The position numbers and the translations under genes are program-made. The notes beneath the pieces were generated by a model. The model had not been told where the DNA came from. It saw nothing but the letters and a program-made list of their open reading frames with translations, and made no database searches. Positions 10,345 to 23,692 of a stretch of 64,000 nucleotides of DNA are shown piece by piece; position 1 is the first letter of the stretch, and each line of letters opens with the position of its first letter. The DNA is from Catajapyx aquilonaris (lineage: Eukaryota): contig KZ538577.1 of NCBI GenBank assembly GCA_000934665.2, positions 1 through 64,000 of the forward strand, in the 5' to 3' direction.

Positions 10345-11521
10345 TTCATGATTGTCCATTGCCCTGATCCAATAATACACTAGGTTGTCAACAACCTAGT
10401 TGGACTAGCCTCAGCCGAGGCTGTCTTATAACTTATTACACAACTTGTAGCCTTCTCCCAGACCCACCTCCTGACACCCTCCCGCATCCCGCCATCATCT
10501 CATGGCAAAACTGCCAACTTCTCACTAACTCCATCTAGAGGACGCAGGGGTGTCACAGCATGGATGATAAGCAATTTCCAGTATTGGCGAGACTTGTCGA
10601 GTACATTGACACGAATGTTGGATTAGTTATGCGGTAGTAGCCTGTATAGCATAGTGGTTGATGCTGCACTTGGAGTAATGAGGGCTTTGTTTCCGCTGAT
10701 CCTGCGCCGATTAGCGTGATCCAGTCGGTATGGGGAGGGGGAGCCGGCTGAGGATTTTCTGAGGATGAATTTCGGAAATATAGAAAGCCGATGCGCACAA
10801 GTGCAAAAGTAGACGCGGATTTAATAATAACCGAAATTCCGAACCCCGCTCCGGAGAGGAGGAGGAGAGAGGAGATCAAGGGGAAAAGTTGTTTCCCTGC
10901 ATTTTGCGTGAAAGTATTCAGCGAACGTGATGCTGCTGCTGCCGGATAAAAGTAACATCTTGAATATTAGATTCCTTCGTTTTCATATGCGAATGCGTTA
11001 TTATGAAACATCAATGTAAGTTGAATGCTGAGCACCATCGTTATTATTCGAAGGATTGCAGTTCAGCCCCCTCCCTCCCCTACTTTCTGCTCTATACTAT
11101 TTCAATTTCCTACCAGTAATATGTTTTTGCTAATTTTTGGAGCGCACTAAGGGGAGGGCAGGACCTTTGGGCCTATTTCAGATCTGTTTTTCATTTTGCA
11201 TTCTCCGTCCAAAGGATTTGCGCAGTTGATTTTTAAAGCGTGGCATGATGCAACCTACTGTTATTGAACAGCTATCTTCGCTTTTCGGTCAGTGTCACAA
11301 CATGTGGTAGAAAATAGAGAACAACACATGTGCCGTACTATTTTTACGCACTCATTTTGAGCAACCGAAAGTGACACATTTGGAAATCAATGGGTCGAGA
11401 AGCCACACTCAACACCAAATAGTGTGGAGGATAGTAGTATCTTCCGAGTGTTGCAGTGTTCATATTTATTGGCTTGTGATCTGATTTATCATTATTATAC
11501 TATCGTATAATAATACGTAAT

Positions 11522-11901
<380 letters not shown>

Positions 11902-13524
11902 ATAATACGTAATAGATCTTAGTTCATTTTAACATTTTAAAATAAGCCTCGTACGCGGATGTGTTTTGATACTATAGGGGTGTTTATAATGGGCCTGTGG
12001 CCCGAAATTAGTAACTGTGCAGCTAAGTGCCAAACATTCTGACAACAGTAGTAGGTCGAGTATTTTGGATCACACTGTACTTTGACTAGTTATAGGCCTA
12101 AGACGTAACGAACGATTGTTAAATTTCCTAATTCCGATTCATTAAGGGCTGCTTGTATCCACGCATATTAGGTCCGATTATGTTGTGTAGATATTAACAG
12201 CACGTAAACATAGATTTTTCTTCTTCATTTGAGAAACTTCGCAACATTTGTGCATAGGCCTAATAGGCCTTCCTCCGCGCCCTTAACAACACTGTAATCA
12301 AGGTGAAGATAGGATAATATTGAGCTTATTTGCTCTTTATAGACCTTACATAATATTGTACAATCTTTTAAGCAGAATGATGACTGTGTGAATCATTTAT
12401 ATAATTAACTCGTGCCTGATAATTCTAGCTATTCCTAGAGTTTGTTGAATCTACAGAGAGGAAAGAGCGTGGTTGGGTTTGAAGGAGAGAGATGGCAGCT
12501 CCAGTTCTAAGTTGGCTGTAACCGTGTTCTTCCCCGATAGACTCGGGTAGGTAGGTGTGTGTCCCCGACGGTACAGTACATCCAAAATGATGGGCAACAA
12601 AGTGAATGTTTTGGTATGGGGCATCCGCGGTGGGTTGCGCAGAATTGGTAGGGGGGTGGAGGGGCGGGAAGGTAGGGGGGGGGAGGGTTGGTGGTGGGGG
12701 TGAGTTGGGTTTGTGTTTTCCCGGACGCTTGTCCACAGCGATCCACTATAACGGCCAGTAATTATGAAATCTAGAGTCAGTTTGCATATAATGCTTTAAA
12801 CTGTTTTCATTGCAAACAATTCCCTCATGCAGGATCTGCAATAATTTTGCCAGTTATACACACACCGAGTTTCCGCAATTATTAGTGTGCTGCTGTTGTT
12901 AATATTATATTTGAATACAGACAACAGAGTACATTTGTGTGGACTGGGGTTTTGAGGGTGGGATGGGGAGGGCTGCGGTGATAGTGGGGGTTGGAGGCGG
13001 GATTGGAGCTCTATAGGAAGCTTTTGTATAAGATAATGTGAGGTGGACGTTGCGCATCAGTTGTATGATCAAGTCTGTCAGGTCGGGCAAATTTTCAATT
13101 TTGTGCGGGTGTGCGTGACGTACAGATTGTGAAATGTTTTGGCAAATGGGCGCCAGTTATTAAGGCAATTATACATGGCGTTCAGCACACTTCAGTTCGC
13201 GTTATTCTAGTCCCCGTGATATGACAATCATTTTCACTTTTCTCAACGCTATTTAAATTATATAGCTATATGCCAATTTTTTTTATTGCTGGCAACTTTG
13301 CAGGTTTCTTTGGTGTACGAGTAATGACTGCATGCCTAATGTAGCAGTATGCTAATGGGTACTTGCCATGCCGTTTTAAACTTTGCAGCGTTGCCAGCGT
13401 ATACTGTAGTCCGTTACTCTTGAGCGAAGTGGACTTCAGAGGTTCTTTACCTTTACCGAGAGTTGACGTACTGTATGACGATATGTGCGAGTCATGACAT
13501 TCAGGTATATTGCTGGAAAGAAAC

Positions 13525-13833
13525 ACCGAAGCAGGTTGGTGTAGTGGTTAAGGAGTCCGACTGCTAATCGGGAAGTCCTGGGTTCGAATCCCGGGGCCGG
13601 CGATCCTGACCGTGGTTTTCTGTGGTTTTCCACGGTCTCCCCAGGATAATTCCGGGGTCGCTTCCGTATACAATAGGCCAAGCCACTTCCTACCTTCCCT
13701 ATCCTTGGCCCCATCCATGTGTGAATAATATTTCAGAAAGATTGAAGATAAAATGGTGGTATTCCACCCCCCCCCCCTAATAGAGAGCCGATTCTCCCAG
13801 TTAGGCAATAAAAATAAACAAGCAAATAAAATA
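13525..13833 (+). mobile_element. tRNA-derived SINE (head A, alternative 3' module, A-rich tail)
   Basis: Best-preserved head: A box TGGTGTAGTGG, CCGA-CTGCTAA-TCGG stem-loop, B box GGTTCGAATCC; imperfect TSD atattgctg(g)aaa(g)aaac. Confidence 0.88.
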
Positions 13834-14899
13834 AATATTGCTGAAAAAACGCACTTTATTGAACCAGCATTTTAATTTTCTGGCTGTATACATTGAAAGT
13901 AACGTCCCATCCATATATGTTGTCCTCCAGCTCACGATGCGAAAGAAAGTGACAAGTACACCCAATGGCTGTTTGGCAGTGGCGTGCCCACATTGCTCAT
14001 CGAAGCCTCCCAAAATTTGTCCAAATAATACCAGAAACATCCCTCCCCATCCCCAAAAAAACTGTCACTTCCACATGTCACCCTTTTTTCCCCCTCCCCC
14101 CCCCCCTCTTTTTCCCATGCAGTGGGGGGGGGGGGCTGCTTGCATTATTGAAAACAAACGGAGGCAACAGAGGATCGGGGAAGGATTTACATAGCAAAAT
14201 CTTTGGACTCATGCCGAGTTTGTGTGCATTCGAAATGGCGAGCAAATGGGAGTTTAATTTGTTGTCATTACGCGCCGGTTGAGTCGGTGCAGCTTTGGCA
14301 AAGCTTTAGGAGAGAGGTGGGGAGAGGCGGTGTATAGGGGGAAGAGGGGGGTGAAATAATCCGAAGTGAGGGAAAGATGCTTCCCACGGAGTAATCTAGA
14401 AAAGCCTGATCGTCAATTGATCCGCCCCGGCTTCAAGTTGGCGGCGCAAGTGTTCTCTTTTTTTCCCGATACCAAATTGGTTGGGAAAAAGATTGTGAGG
14501 GGAAAGGGGGGAAGGGAGTAGGGGCTAGCGTGCTTCTTGTGAAGGAAAAGACGATTCGACAGTGAAAAATGGGCCCGTTTAACTTGAAGTGTGGCTTCGT
14601 TTGCACTAGAAGTTCAACTGCCTTCGCACCTTCGTACTATTGGTTTTTTTTTCTTTTTCTTTTCACCCCACCCCATGTTTTTCCGATGAGAAAGCTGTCT
14701 GTACGAGACTGTATATTTAGTACTCAGACGCCGACGCCAGGTTGCGTGCGAGTTGCTTGCGATAAAACCTGGAATTCGGTATTGGTAGGCGCTACTCAAT
14801 TCGCGCGCGCGAGGGTCAATTATTGCTCTACCTATTTACTATTATTACCATCACGCCACGACTAGAATCTCAAAAAATAACGGTCTAACCACTTTTAGC

Positions 14900-14948
<49 letters not shown>
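14900..14948. repeat. (AAT)n microsatellite
   Basis: Pure AAT run with no adjacent recognisable SINE body. Confidence 0.9.
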
Positions 14949-14949
<1 letters not shown>

Positions 14950-16157
14950 GAGAGAAGGCACAGAGGAATTGCTTGTGTGACATGGGTGGCTGGCACTTGC
15001 AACGCGTGGCATTCATTTTCCTCCAACATTCATGACTTTTTCCTCGGAAAATCTACCAATTTCCTGCCAATAGTGACATAACAACCTGACAGGTGTATTG
15101 ACACACTTGTGAGTGGCGTCGTATTTTGAATCCGGATCCGCGACAGCATGTGTGCAACCTATGTATATTTGAAAAGAGCTCCAAATTGCTTCCCCCCTCC
15201 CCCCCCCATACCACTCCCGCTCCCATCCACCCCTACCACCATATATGGAGAGAAGTTTGTGATGGGCACCGAGTGACAAGGCTCGCAAGTACGAATGGTG
15301 ATTGGGCCGGTTATGCACATAATGTCAACGAAATCTAATGGAACAATTTGAATAGCGGTGTTCCCAGCGGAGTTCTAAATGCGGAATACGAGTGGGATTT
15401 CTAATTCATGTATGATCTATAATGGCCGCGTGTAATTGCGCCACGGGTGAAATGATGCCTGTGGATAGCCCGAGCGGTTAAAACCAGAAGNNNNNNNNNN
15501 NNNNNNNNNNNNNNNNNNNNNNNNNNNCTCCCTACCGAAAGGAGGGACGGGAATATGGAGAGAACCCCCTAAAGGTGGGATGGGGGTTATGGTTTTCATC
15601 ACCCCCTTCCCCCCCCCCCTCCCACACCCCCATTCCATTTTTAGGTAAAGGAGTTACGGTCATAATGTATTCACCACTAGGGCCTGGCCAAAGATGGGCC
15701 GGGGAATTGAGGGTTAATTAAAATAATTGAACGATTTATTGACTTATTCATGGCCAATTAATTAATGGACCATTATTCAATCATTGATTCATTTTGAAGT
15801 ATTGTTCTTGTAATAGTGGAAACTATATGATTTAAATCTGCTGCAAGGTGGTGCGGAAATCACGGACAATAATAACTGCATGTTGTTGTGTAGCGGTTGT
15901 GTGTGTTGAATAAAATGTTAATATACAGTATTTACCCATTTTAAAAATATCACTGGACATTCGTTCTTCCGTATACAGGGTGGTTCCAAAGGTTTGCATT
16001 AGGCTTTTTAAGACGAAAATCTGTACCCTGGTTGATATTGGCGATTTTGGTTTCATTGCGGAGATAATAGCTTGTTAAGTTTAAGGGTCATCCTGTGCAC
16101 CAGGCGACCAGCCATACATTATTGTTGCTTGTGTTGCCTAGCGCGCAGGATGACTTA

Positions 16158-17093
16158 CAGAAGTTGGACAAAATAATAGGCACGCCTGGGAAAAGCGGTT
16201 GAAAATTCGCGTCTGTTTTCTTCTTCTTCGAAAACTGGAAAAGTTACAAAGGTGACTTTTGCCTAGTTATGAAGTTCTGTCGATGTACATTTTTTGGAGG
16301 TATGCAAATGAAGCAAATATCACGAGAGGGGTGGAGAAACAAAACACGATCGACATCCCCTCCCCAGCCCAATTTTTGACATTAGCGTTCCACTCTTTTC
16401 ATTTGAAAAGGAAAACAGTTACAGATATGAACTTTACTGGGTTTTGAAGGTGTCACTTTGTGTGGTATAGATATATACCAAAGTTACCGACAGAGGGCGG
16501 GGTAAAAATAGAAACGACACCCCCCCCCCCCTTCCCCGGCACGGCTTGCAAACAATGGAAAAATTTTGTCCCACTGCTAGTTAAGGCTAACTTAGCAGTA
16601 CCAGTGCCAAATATGGTACTGCTAAGTTAGTAGTAACTAGTATAGTGTGACGAAAATTAGTCCCAAACTTACTATACATTATTTTGTCCAACCTCTTCTC
16701 AGATTTAGTGCAGGGGAAGGGGGGTGTCGTTTCTATTATTTCACCCGCCCCCTGTCGGTAATTTTGGTCCATTTTCTATACCAGACAAAGTGATATATCG
16801 ATAGAGCTTCAAAACGCAGTCAAGTTCGTATCTGTAACTGTTTCCTTTTTCAAATGAAAAGGGTGGAACGCTAAGGTCAAAAATTGGGCTTGGGGAGGGG
16901 GCGTCAATCGTCATTTGTTTCTCCACCCCTCTCATGATGTTTGCTTCATTTGCATCCCTGCACGAATGTACATCGACAGAGGTTCAAAACCTGGTAAAAG
17001 TCATCTCTGTAACTTTTCCAGTTTTCGAAAAATAACAGACGCGAAGTTTCAACCCGTTTTTGCAGGTGTTCCTATTATTTTGTCCTGCCCCTG
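16158..17093. mobile_element. Non-autonomous Tc1-like element with ~380-bp inverted repeats (IR/DR-like)
   Basis: TA|CAGAAGTTGGACAAAATAATAGG...CCTATTATTTTGTCCTGCCCCTG|TA; long arms with the terminal motif repeated at their inner ends. Confidence 0.85.
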
Positions 17094-17099
17094 TATATA

Positions 17100-17526
17100 C
17101 AGGGTGTATCTGAACTCAGTGCCCCGACATATGTGACTGCCTTCCTAGCCACCAGAGGATCGATTTAAGTATAGGAGTCATATGTCTGGGCAGCCTCATT
17201 ACTGAGATACACTCTTTAGCGATTTTTGCCTAATCGCTCCTTCTGACTTTTAAATAGAATTTTCTGGTGTAACTAGCCAAAGAGGCCTTACCACCTGTGG
17301 GCAACAAACCAACAAAGTCCGGCCCCCATCAGACCTTCCAGAGCCTTCTGACTGGGGGAAGGTTCGATGGGTGGCCTAACCGACAGGATATTTTGTACTA
17401 CATGTTTGCGGCCAATTATCTCCGTAATGCGGCGGCCAAACATAATGACTCCTATACTTAAATCTATCCTCTGGTGGCTAGGAAGGCAGTCATATACGTC
17501 GGGGCACTGAGTTCAGATACACCCTG
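17100..17526. mobile_element. Tc1/mariner-type MITE
   Basis: TA|CAGGGTGTATCTGAACTCAGTGCCCCGAC...GTCGGGGCACTGAGTTCAGATACACCCTG|TA; ~80-bp near-perfect TIRs. Confidence 0.9.
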
Positions 17527-17880
17527 TATTTCCATGCAGCTGCATAGCGATTTAAAACTTAACAAGCAATTATCTCTGCAATAAATCCGAAATGTTCTAA
17601 ATCCACGACTACAATTTCGTCTTGGAAACCCGCAAAAAGCCTAAATCCGAGAGAAAGTGCTCACCTTTGACATCATTATCTCCTGCATGTGACCCAAATA
17701 CGTATGTGCAGGTAGTGGAACTCGCAGGATATTTACGGAAAGGGACGAGTGTCTGCCATCATATATAGACGATTATCACGGGTGAACTGTATGTTATAGT
17801 GCTGTATGCTGTAGATGTATCATATTGTGTTTGGAAAGCTAAATCATTGAGCAGCGTGCCCATATAAGATACTGTACATT

Positions 17881-18226
17881 GGGGAGGTGTGGTGGCCGAG
17901 ATGGTAACGTCTCGGCTTGCTGAGTGAAAGGCCCCAGGTTCGATCCCCGCCTGGGGAACTTTCCTTTCACCTGCGTCAGGAGGGTCTCTGACCTGCACCA
18001 AGGAGGTGTCTGGCAACCTAACCTCCTGGGGAACAGCACATGACCCCTTTACCGACATTGCACTTGCACCAATGTTCCCTCCCCAAAAATCCCTATATCC
18101 TTACCCCATGCCCTTTCATCCTTGCACCGGAGTTAGAAGAAAAAAATCAGAAAATTGAAGGAAAAATGGTGGTATTCCACCCCCCTATAAGGGCCTATGG
18201 CCCTATCACGGGGTAATGTAAAAAAA
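17881..18226 (+). mobile_element. tRNA-derived SINE (head B, poly-A tail)
   Basis: A box TGGCCGAGATGG, B box GGTTCGATCCC; perfect 15-bp TSD AAGATACTGTACATT at 17866-17880 and 18227-18241. Confidence 0.88.
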
Positions 18227-21200
18227 AAGATACTGTACATTACTGCAACAGTTTCTCCGGAACTGCAATAAGTTAGCAGTCACATAATATTTTGATGTGC
18301 AGTGTCTCGCAAATTGGGATAGACTCGGCCAAAAGCAAATACATTGCCATGCATGCAACTGTTTACACATTTTCAGAAGGGGGGTACATTTCAGCATCAT
18401 ATTATTTAACACAATTTTAAAAACAACAAAGCTTTTACAAATATTTCAATAATTATGCCATAAGTATATAGTTTTGGACAGCATTAGACATTGAAATAGT
18501 TTGGTGAGGACAATAGTAATAACATTTTTTTTCATTACAAGAAACGTGTGGTTTTCTAAAGGGATCGTTTTTATTTGCATTTTTGAGATTGGGATAATAA
18601 AATTGGCAGTTAAATCTTTTTCTATGGCATTGCGGAATCAGGGTCGGTTTTTTAAATTGCGAAGCTTATTTTGATAGCGAATCAGAGCCATTTCATTTCA
18701 AACATGAAGCAAAGCTGTTGAAAGGTTCTATAATTTAATAATACACACAACTGAATACGTGCATTAATGTTGAATGCAATTGAATGTTTTATTGTAACCG
18801 CCGCGAATTAGATAATGGACTCTGTCCCAATATTTACTACTAGCCGAAGCAACCAGTTATTATTATTACATAACATCACGGTTCATCATAGCCAATTGTA
18901 TAGTTAACAAGTGTATATCCAGTTTCACACCTGGGATAGGAAACAGAGAGTAGTCATAGGCACTGTAAGCAGGAGTCAAACGGCGTGATCATGAATAATT
19001 GGAAGTGATTGCTCTGTTCCAGAGCGATTTGCACATTTCATGGCGAATATTCCCGGTCCCACCTTTGGCAAGCCAGTGGCACAATGGCAAAAATTCCATC
19101 CCCCGGAATCCACATGAATTTTGACAGTTGGCACTCGTGGAGAGCCAGAGAGAGAGCAAAGTGTCACAACAGCAGCGGGCACGTAAGTTGATGAGCGATT
19201 CAGACAAACGGAATAATGTAGCAAATGAAATCCAACGGGGATTAGGGGGCGCCGGTATCGCTTTATGAATCATGGATTGGCGTACCTGAAAGCCCTCAAT
19301 TTGAAATTTGCGTTCGCCTGCATTCATCATGGCCTTTGCCGGCGACAACTGATGCGGAGATTTCGACCCGGATTCAGATAACGCCCCGTACAAAAGCTGG
19401 ATCCGGAACACACCCAAAATGGACGTTTCTTGATTCTGCCCAATTCAAGGGTATTATCCCTCCCCCCTCCCCCTACTCTAATGAACTCTTTCACCTGCTT
19501 GGAAACTGCCAATCACCGACCGGATTGCTTGGGACATGTGGGGAGGGGGGGGTGTTCTATCCCCCCCCCCTCCCCCCACCATCTCGCTCCGGAATAGGAT
19601 GGGGGATCGTTTTATCTCCGGGTGTTTTTCCCAGGCGCACTTCCGGTTGTGTTTTTTCGCCTCATTTCTGGATTATTCCGGGGCGGAAAGTACGGGTTTT
19701 ATTTCTGTCAATAACCTGCTGTTAGTGCTCGTTATTTTCATTTCTGACGCGTATAGCCCCGCCGTTGAAAACTGTACGTAGCGCCATCAGTTATAACAGG
19801 GAGTAGGGTGGGGGAGGAAAAGTCGGACGTTTCGCAGTTACGACCTTTTTCGAAAGTATCAGCTGCCGACCGGGCTGGAGGTTGTACAGAGTGCACAGGC
19901 GAGATTTGGAACTATAGGTGGTGTCGTGCATAACCACTATATTGCCCATGCATTTTATGCGAATGTAAAGTAGCATGGTTATATTAATGTTTTGAAACAT
20001 TTTTTTCTCCAGTTGAAGCTTTAATTGTTGCTTTAATCTTAAATTGGAGAAATGTTGGGTAATCATATTAACTCGAAATAATTTTTAAATAAATAATTTC
20101 AAAGAAACAGTTGATATTGCCCGATTATTCAAATTATTCCAGAGTCACCTTGCATGAATTAAGGGTTCTATATTGAATGTAATTCCTGGACAATTTGTAC
20201 GCAACACGTCAGGGCAGAATATACGGGAGTTCCTTTCCTTACAATGCAATTAAGGGAGTTGCAATTTCCCCAGACTTATAATATTACTTCGGATAAATGT
20301 AACCGGTATGGAAGCAATATTCCAACATAGGGATTGGAATTAAAACGGCTCGTTTCAAAAGGGGGAAATGGGGAGGAGAGCAGAAAATAATATCCTCCCT
20401 TCCCCCCTTCCCCGCCATCCCCCATTCTTCCAGTGGGAACTAAAGAAAACTTTGGGCAGAATGAATTCATTTCTTTTCTACAACGGTTACCACAGGGCAC
20501 ATTCCAAGTCAAGTAATGAAAAGGGGTTCAAACTCCCGTCTCCTAGATGTCTCTTTTTGAACCCCCCTCCTATTGTCCCCCCTGCCCTCCAGGAGCCCCC
20601 ATTTTGATGAGGCTGCGCACGCACCTTCTCCTACTAAAATGGCGATTAGAAGGCTAATTGGAGCCCATTACAGTTTTCAATCGAGCTTATTCTGTGTCCT
20701 TTCCACCTTTTGATTTCTGGGTTTCCATGACGATGCTGGCGCGATAGCATCAATAGGAATTAATTGTTCCCTTTGCCTTTATTGTCAGAAAGTGGTTGGA
20801 GGGTGGAGGGTGGAGGGAGGTGGGGGAGACGTAATTATAGTGTCAGTAGCGTCGAGACTACTCCATTTCCAGGCTGGGCCCTAATGAAAATCGTAAAGTC
20901 CCCGACAGAACAAAACATTCCTGGGGAAGAGTCCTTTTTTGTGTGCGGCCCGTTGAGGGCCGGACGAGTCGTTCCGGGAGATTTGCGGGCCTAATTTGCG
21001 TCCCGGAGACACTGATTCCGTCCCCAAGTGATGAAAGGGGGTCGGTTGGAAAAGGCAGCCTGATTCCGGACTTTTACAATCGAGACGGTTATCGGGATTT
21101 ATGTGGGCGGCCCTCCCCTGATTAGGCTGGGTGGGGGGAGGCAGCTAAGTGTGGGCAATTGTCACCGTTAACAGGGGAAGTAAAAGCGTTTGTAGTGACA

Positions 21201-23018
21201 GTTAGCAACAATCAATGGTTCATTTTCTTCCAGTCAGCTTTCCGTTTCATTGGCGTGGCCCGAATGATAAAAAGGGCAGGAGGAGGGGGAGGGATGGGTC
21301 GTAAAATTGGATCCTAAAGGTGGGGATAATTGGATGTCGAAATGTCCAGATGTAAATGTTGTTTTAGTATTGTTGTATATACAGGGCGTAACATAATTAT
21401 CTGCCTCTTTCATTGCTATTTTTATGTGGCAGGCGACATTCGCATAATGCTTCTCGTTATCTGTAATTACTCGTTACTAGGAATTTGTTAGGTTGGTACT
21501 GTAAGGCCTGATTAAAAAACGCAATGAAATTTATTTTCACGTAGGACATATAGGATTTTAGCTGTTAATTTTAGACAATTTTAGCACGCTGTGTATGCAC
21601 GATAACTCGTTTTGAAATACAGTAATTATCGCCAATTCCACCCAATCAGTGGTATTTCCTGTAGAACACTGCAGCAGAGTTTATCTTTTGATACACATAA
21701 CCGTGGGGGTCAACCCCATTACAAATTCGCTAATTATTGTGCAGCATTACCTTCACCGTTCATATTTTGAATCTTTCATGTTTCTACATAATTGTCACCT
21801 GGGAGTCGGGCCAGTGTCAAAAGAGCTGGCTACGGTGAGTAATTTTGGATGACATAATTATTTGGTTACTATTGCAGGCTTTGCTGCAGACCGTTTCAAA
21901 AGGTATCCCAAGTGAAAACGCCAGATACACTAGGCCTACTTTATGTAAACCTGGTTCCAGAGTCAACCGCTAAAAATGTTGACCTCTGTCTATAGCGTTT
22001 AAATAATAATTCGATTGGCCGTGGAACAATGACAGAACCAGCCACAAGTGTTGCAATTAGGACCCCGTCAAAAAGGGGGAGGGGCAATGTCAGATGTATA
22101 ATAAAGCGATTCAATTACATTAAAAACAAATAAACACGACTTCCCCAATGGGCCCTCACAAATTCCATTCAGCCCACCATCATATTATACTTCAGTTTAT
22201 TGAGTGTTATCATCATAATTATTTAAACATTTGTAGCTTCCATTTGAAAATTGCATCCATGCTGCTTTTAATGTGATCATCCTCACAAAACACGCCGCTG
22301 GACAGCATTTTTTGGGGCAGATGTACAAGCTAATCTTGTTAGATACCAGCCCAAACACAACCCCCAGCACACAGTTCATGTGGGAAGCCCAATGTTTGTG
22401 TTTGTCTTCGTTGTTGTTTTTGTTTTTGAAGGGCACCTGTTCCGTCCGTCTGAATAATCAAAGTGTACCATATTATTATTGATGTTCAACACGCTGCATA
22501 TGAGCCACAAGGGCCGATGCAATTCTCCCCCATCCACCCACTCTCCTCCATCCACCCCCACGTAAACCACATTAAATTTGGGATGGGCCAGCTATCCTTG
22601 GTAACCATCCCAAAATGTAATGTTTGAGTTTGTTTTTTTCCCCTTTGTTTATGAATATCCTGCCGATCTGGTGGTAATTAGTATGTTGTAAGTCGCAGGC
22701 AAATGAGGCGGATCAGCATTAGGCTGCCGAAGACTCGGTTACATGTTGGTAAACACATCTATCGCTTTGCTACATGTCAGCACTAAATATCGATCCCTTA
22801 TTGGAAGCGAAGTGCAACTTTGCAATAAGAAGGTTGGAAGTTTCAAGATCGATCAGTTAATCGTCCAAATGATATTATTTTGTGTGCTTTGAACGTTGTT
22901 TTCAGTTTTTTAACATGTCCAATAATGGGTACAGTGCAGTTGTCACGTACGTTTGTAATGTTAATTTTAAAATAAATTATGAATAAGTTTATTGTACTTG
23001 TATAGGCATGCACTATGA

Positions 23019-23145
23019 TGCCTGGTTGCACCAACAAAATTACCGGTCCGATAGCTCCTAACGGACCGATAGCACATGTTAAAAGGTCTACCTATCTGTC
23101 CATTAGGAGCTATCGGACCGGTAATTTTGTTGGTGCAACCAGGCA
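23019..23145. mobile_element. Palindromic MITE, probably PIF/Harbinger-type
   Basis: TGCCTGGTTGCACCAACAAAATTACCGGTCCGATAGCTCCTAA and its inverse; ~54-bp arms; flanks TGA/TAA. Confidence 0.8.
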
Positions 23146-23393
23146 TAAATCTTGTAGGAAATCAACTAACAGCAAGTCCACATTTGGCGATTTTGACTTT
23201 TTAAAATTTTTCTGCTCTATTGACTGGTGAAGTCCATTTAATCTTAAAGATTAACAATCAGCCAACCAGCCAGGATTTTCCACTCTTAGAAGTACAATCC
23301 TTCACTTACAAGGGGTTGACATCCTTCAGGGTCTCATAAGTGTCTCATTTTGACCTAATTAAAACTCAAGCTGAACATTGTTGCAAATACATG

Positions 23394-23625
23394 CAGGGTG
23401 TTCCAAGTTCGTGGGTCGTGTTTTTATAACTGATATTGCCCGAAGTAGTTATTTTTGTGTAGCTTGTTGTGCCCGGATCCAGGTTCCCCATTACTCCCAG
23501 GGGGTCGAATGTAGCAGTTGCTATAGAATGAGGTACCTGGTTAGGGATGCAAGAAGCTACAAAAAATAACTACTTTGGGAGATATCAGTTATTTTAAAAA
23601 CGACCCACGAACTTGGAACATCCTG
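23394..23625. mobile_element. Tc1/mariner-type MITE (family M1, copy 2)
   Basis: CAGGGTGTTCCAAGTTCGTGGGTCG...CGACCCACGAACTTGGAACATCCTG|TA; centre is the reverse-complement homologue of 4917-5118. Confidence 0.85.
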
Positions 23626-23692
23626 TATTGTCCATCTTTCTTTAACAAGCAGCTCCCACCCCCTTATCTGAATCCCACCCACTCCCGTTGGG

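Larger units (their letters stand above)
15976..17686. mobile_element. Old Tc1/mariner-type MITE hosting two nested elements
   Basis: Left TA|CAGGGTGGTTCC... arm (ATTGCGGAGATAATAGCTTGTTAAGTTT) matches the inverted AAACTTAACAAGCAATTATCTCTGCAAT near 17555; the right terminus is degenerate. Confidence 0.55.

Noticed and set aside
13531..13601. tRNA-Ser(GCT) gene
   Set aside because: Lacks the long variable arm, a clean acceptor stem and a terminator. It continues into a SINE body with tail and TSD.
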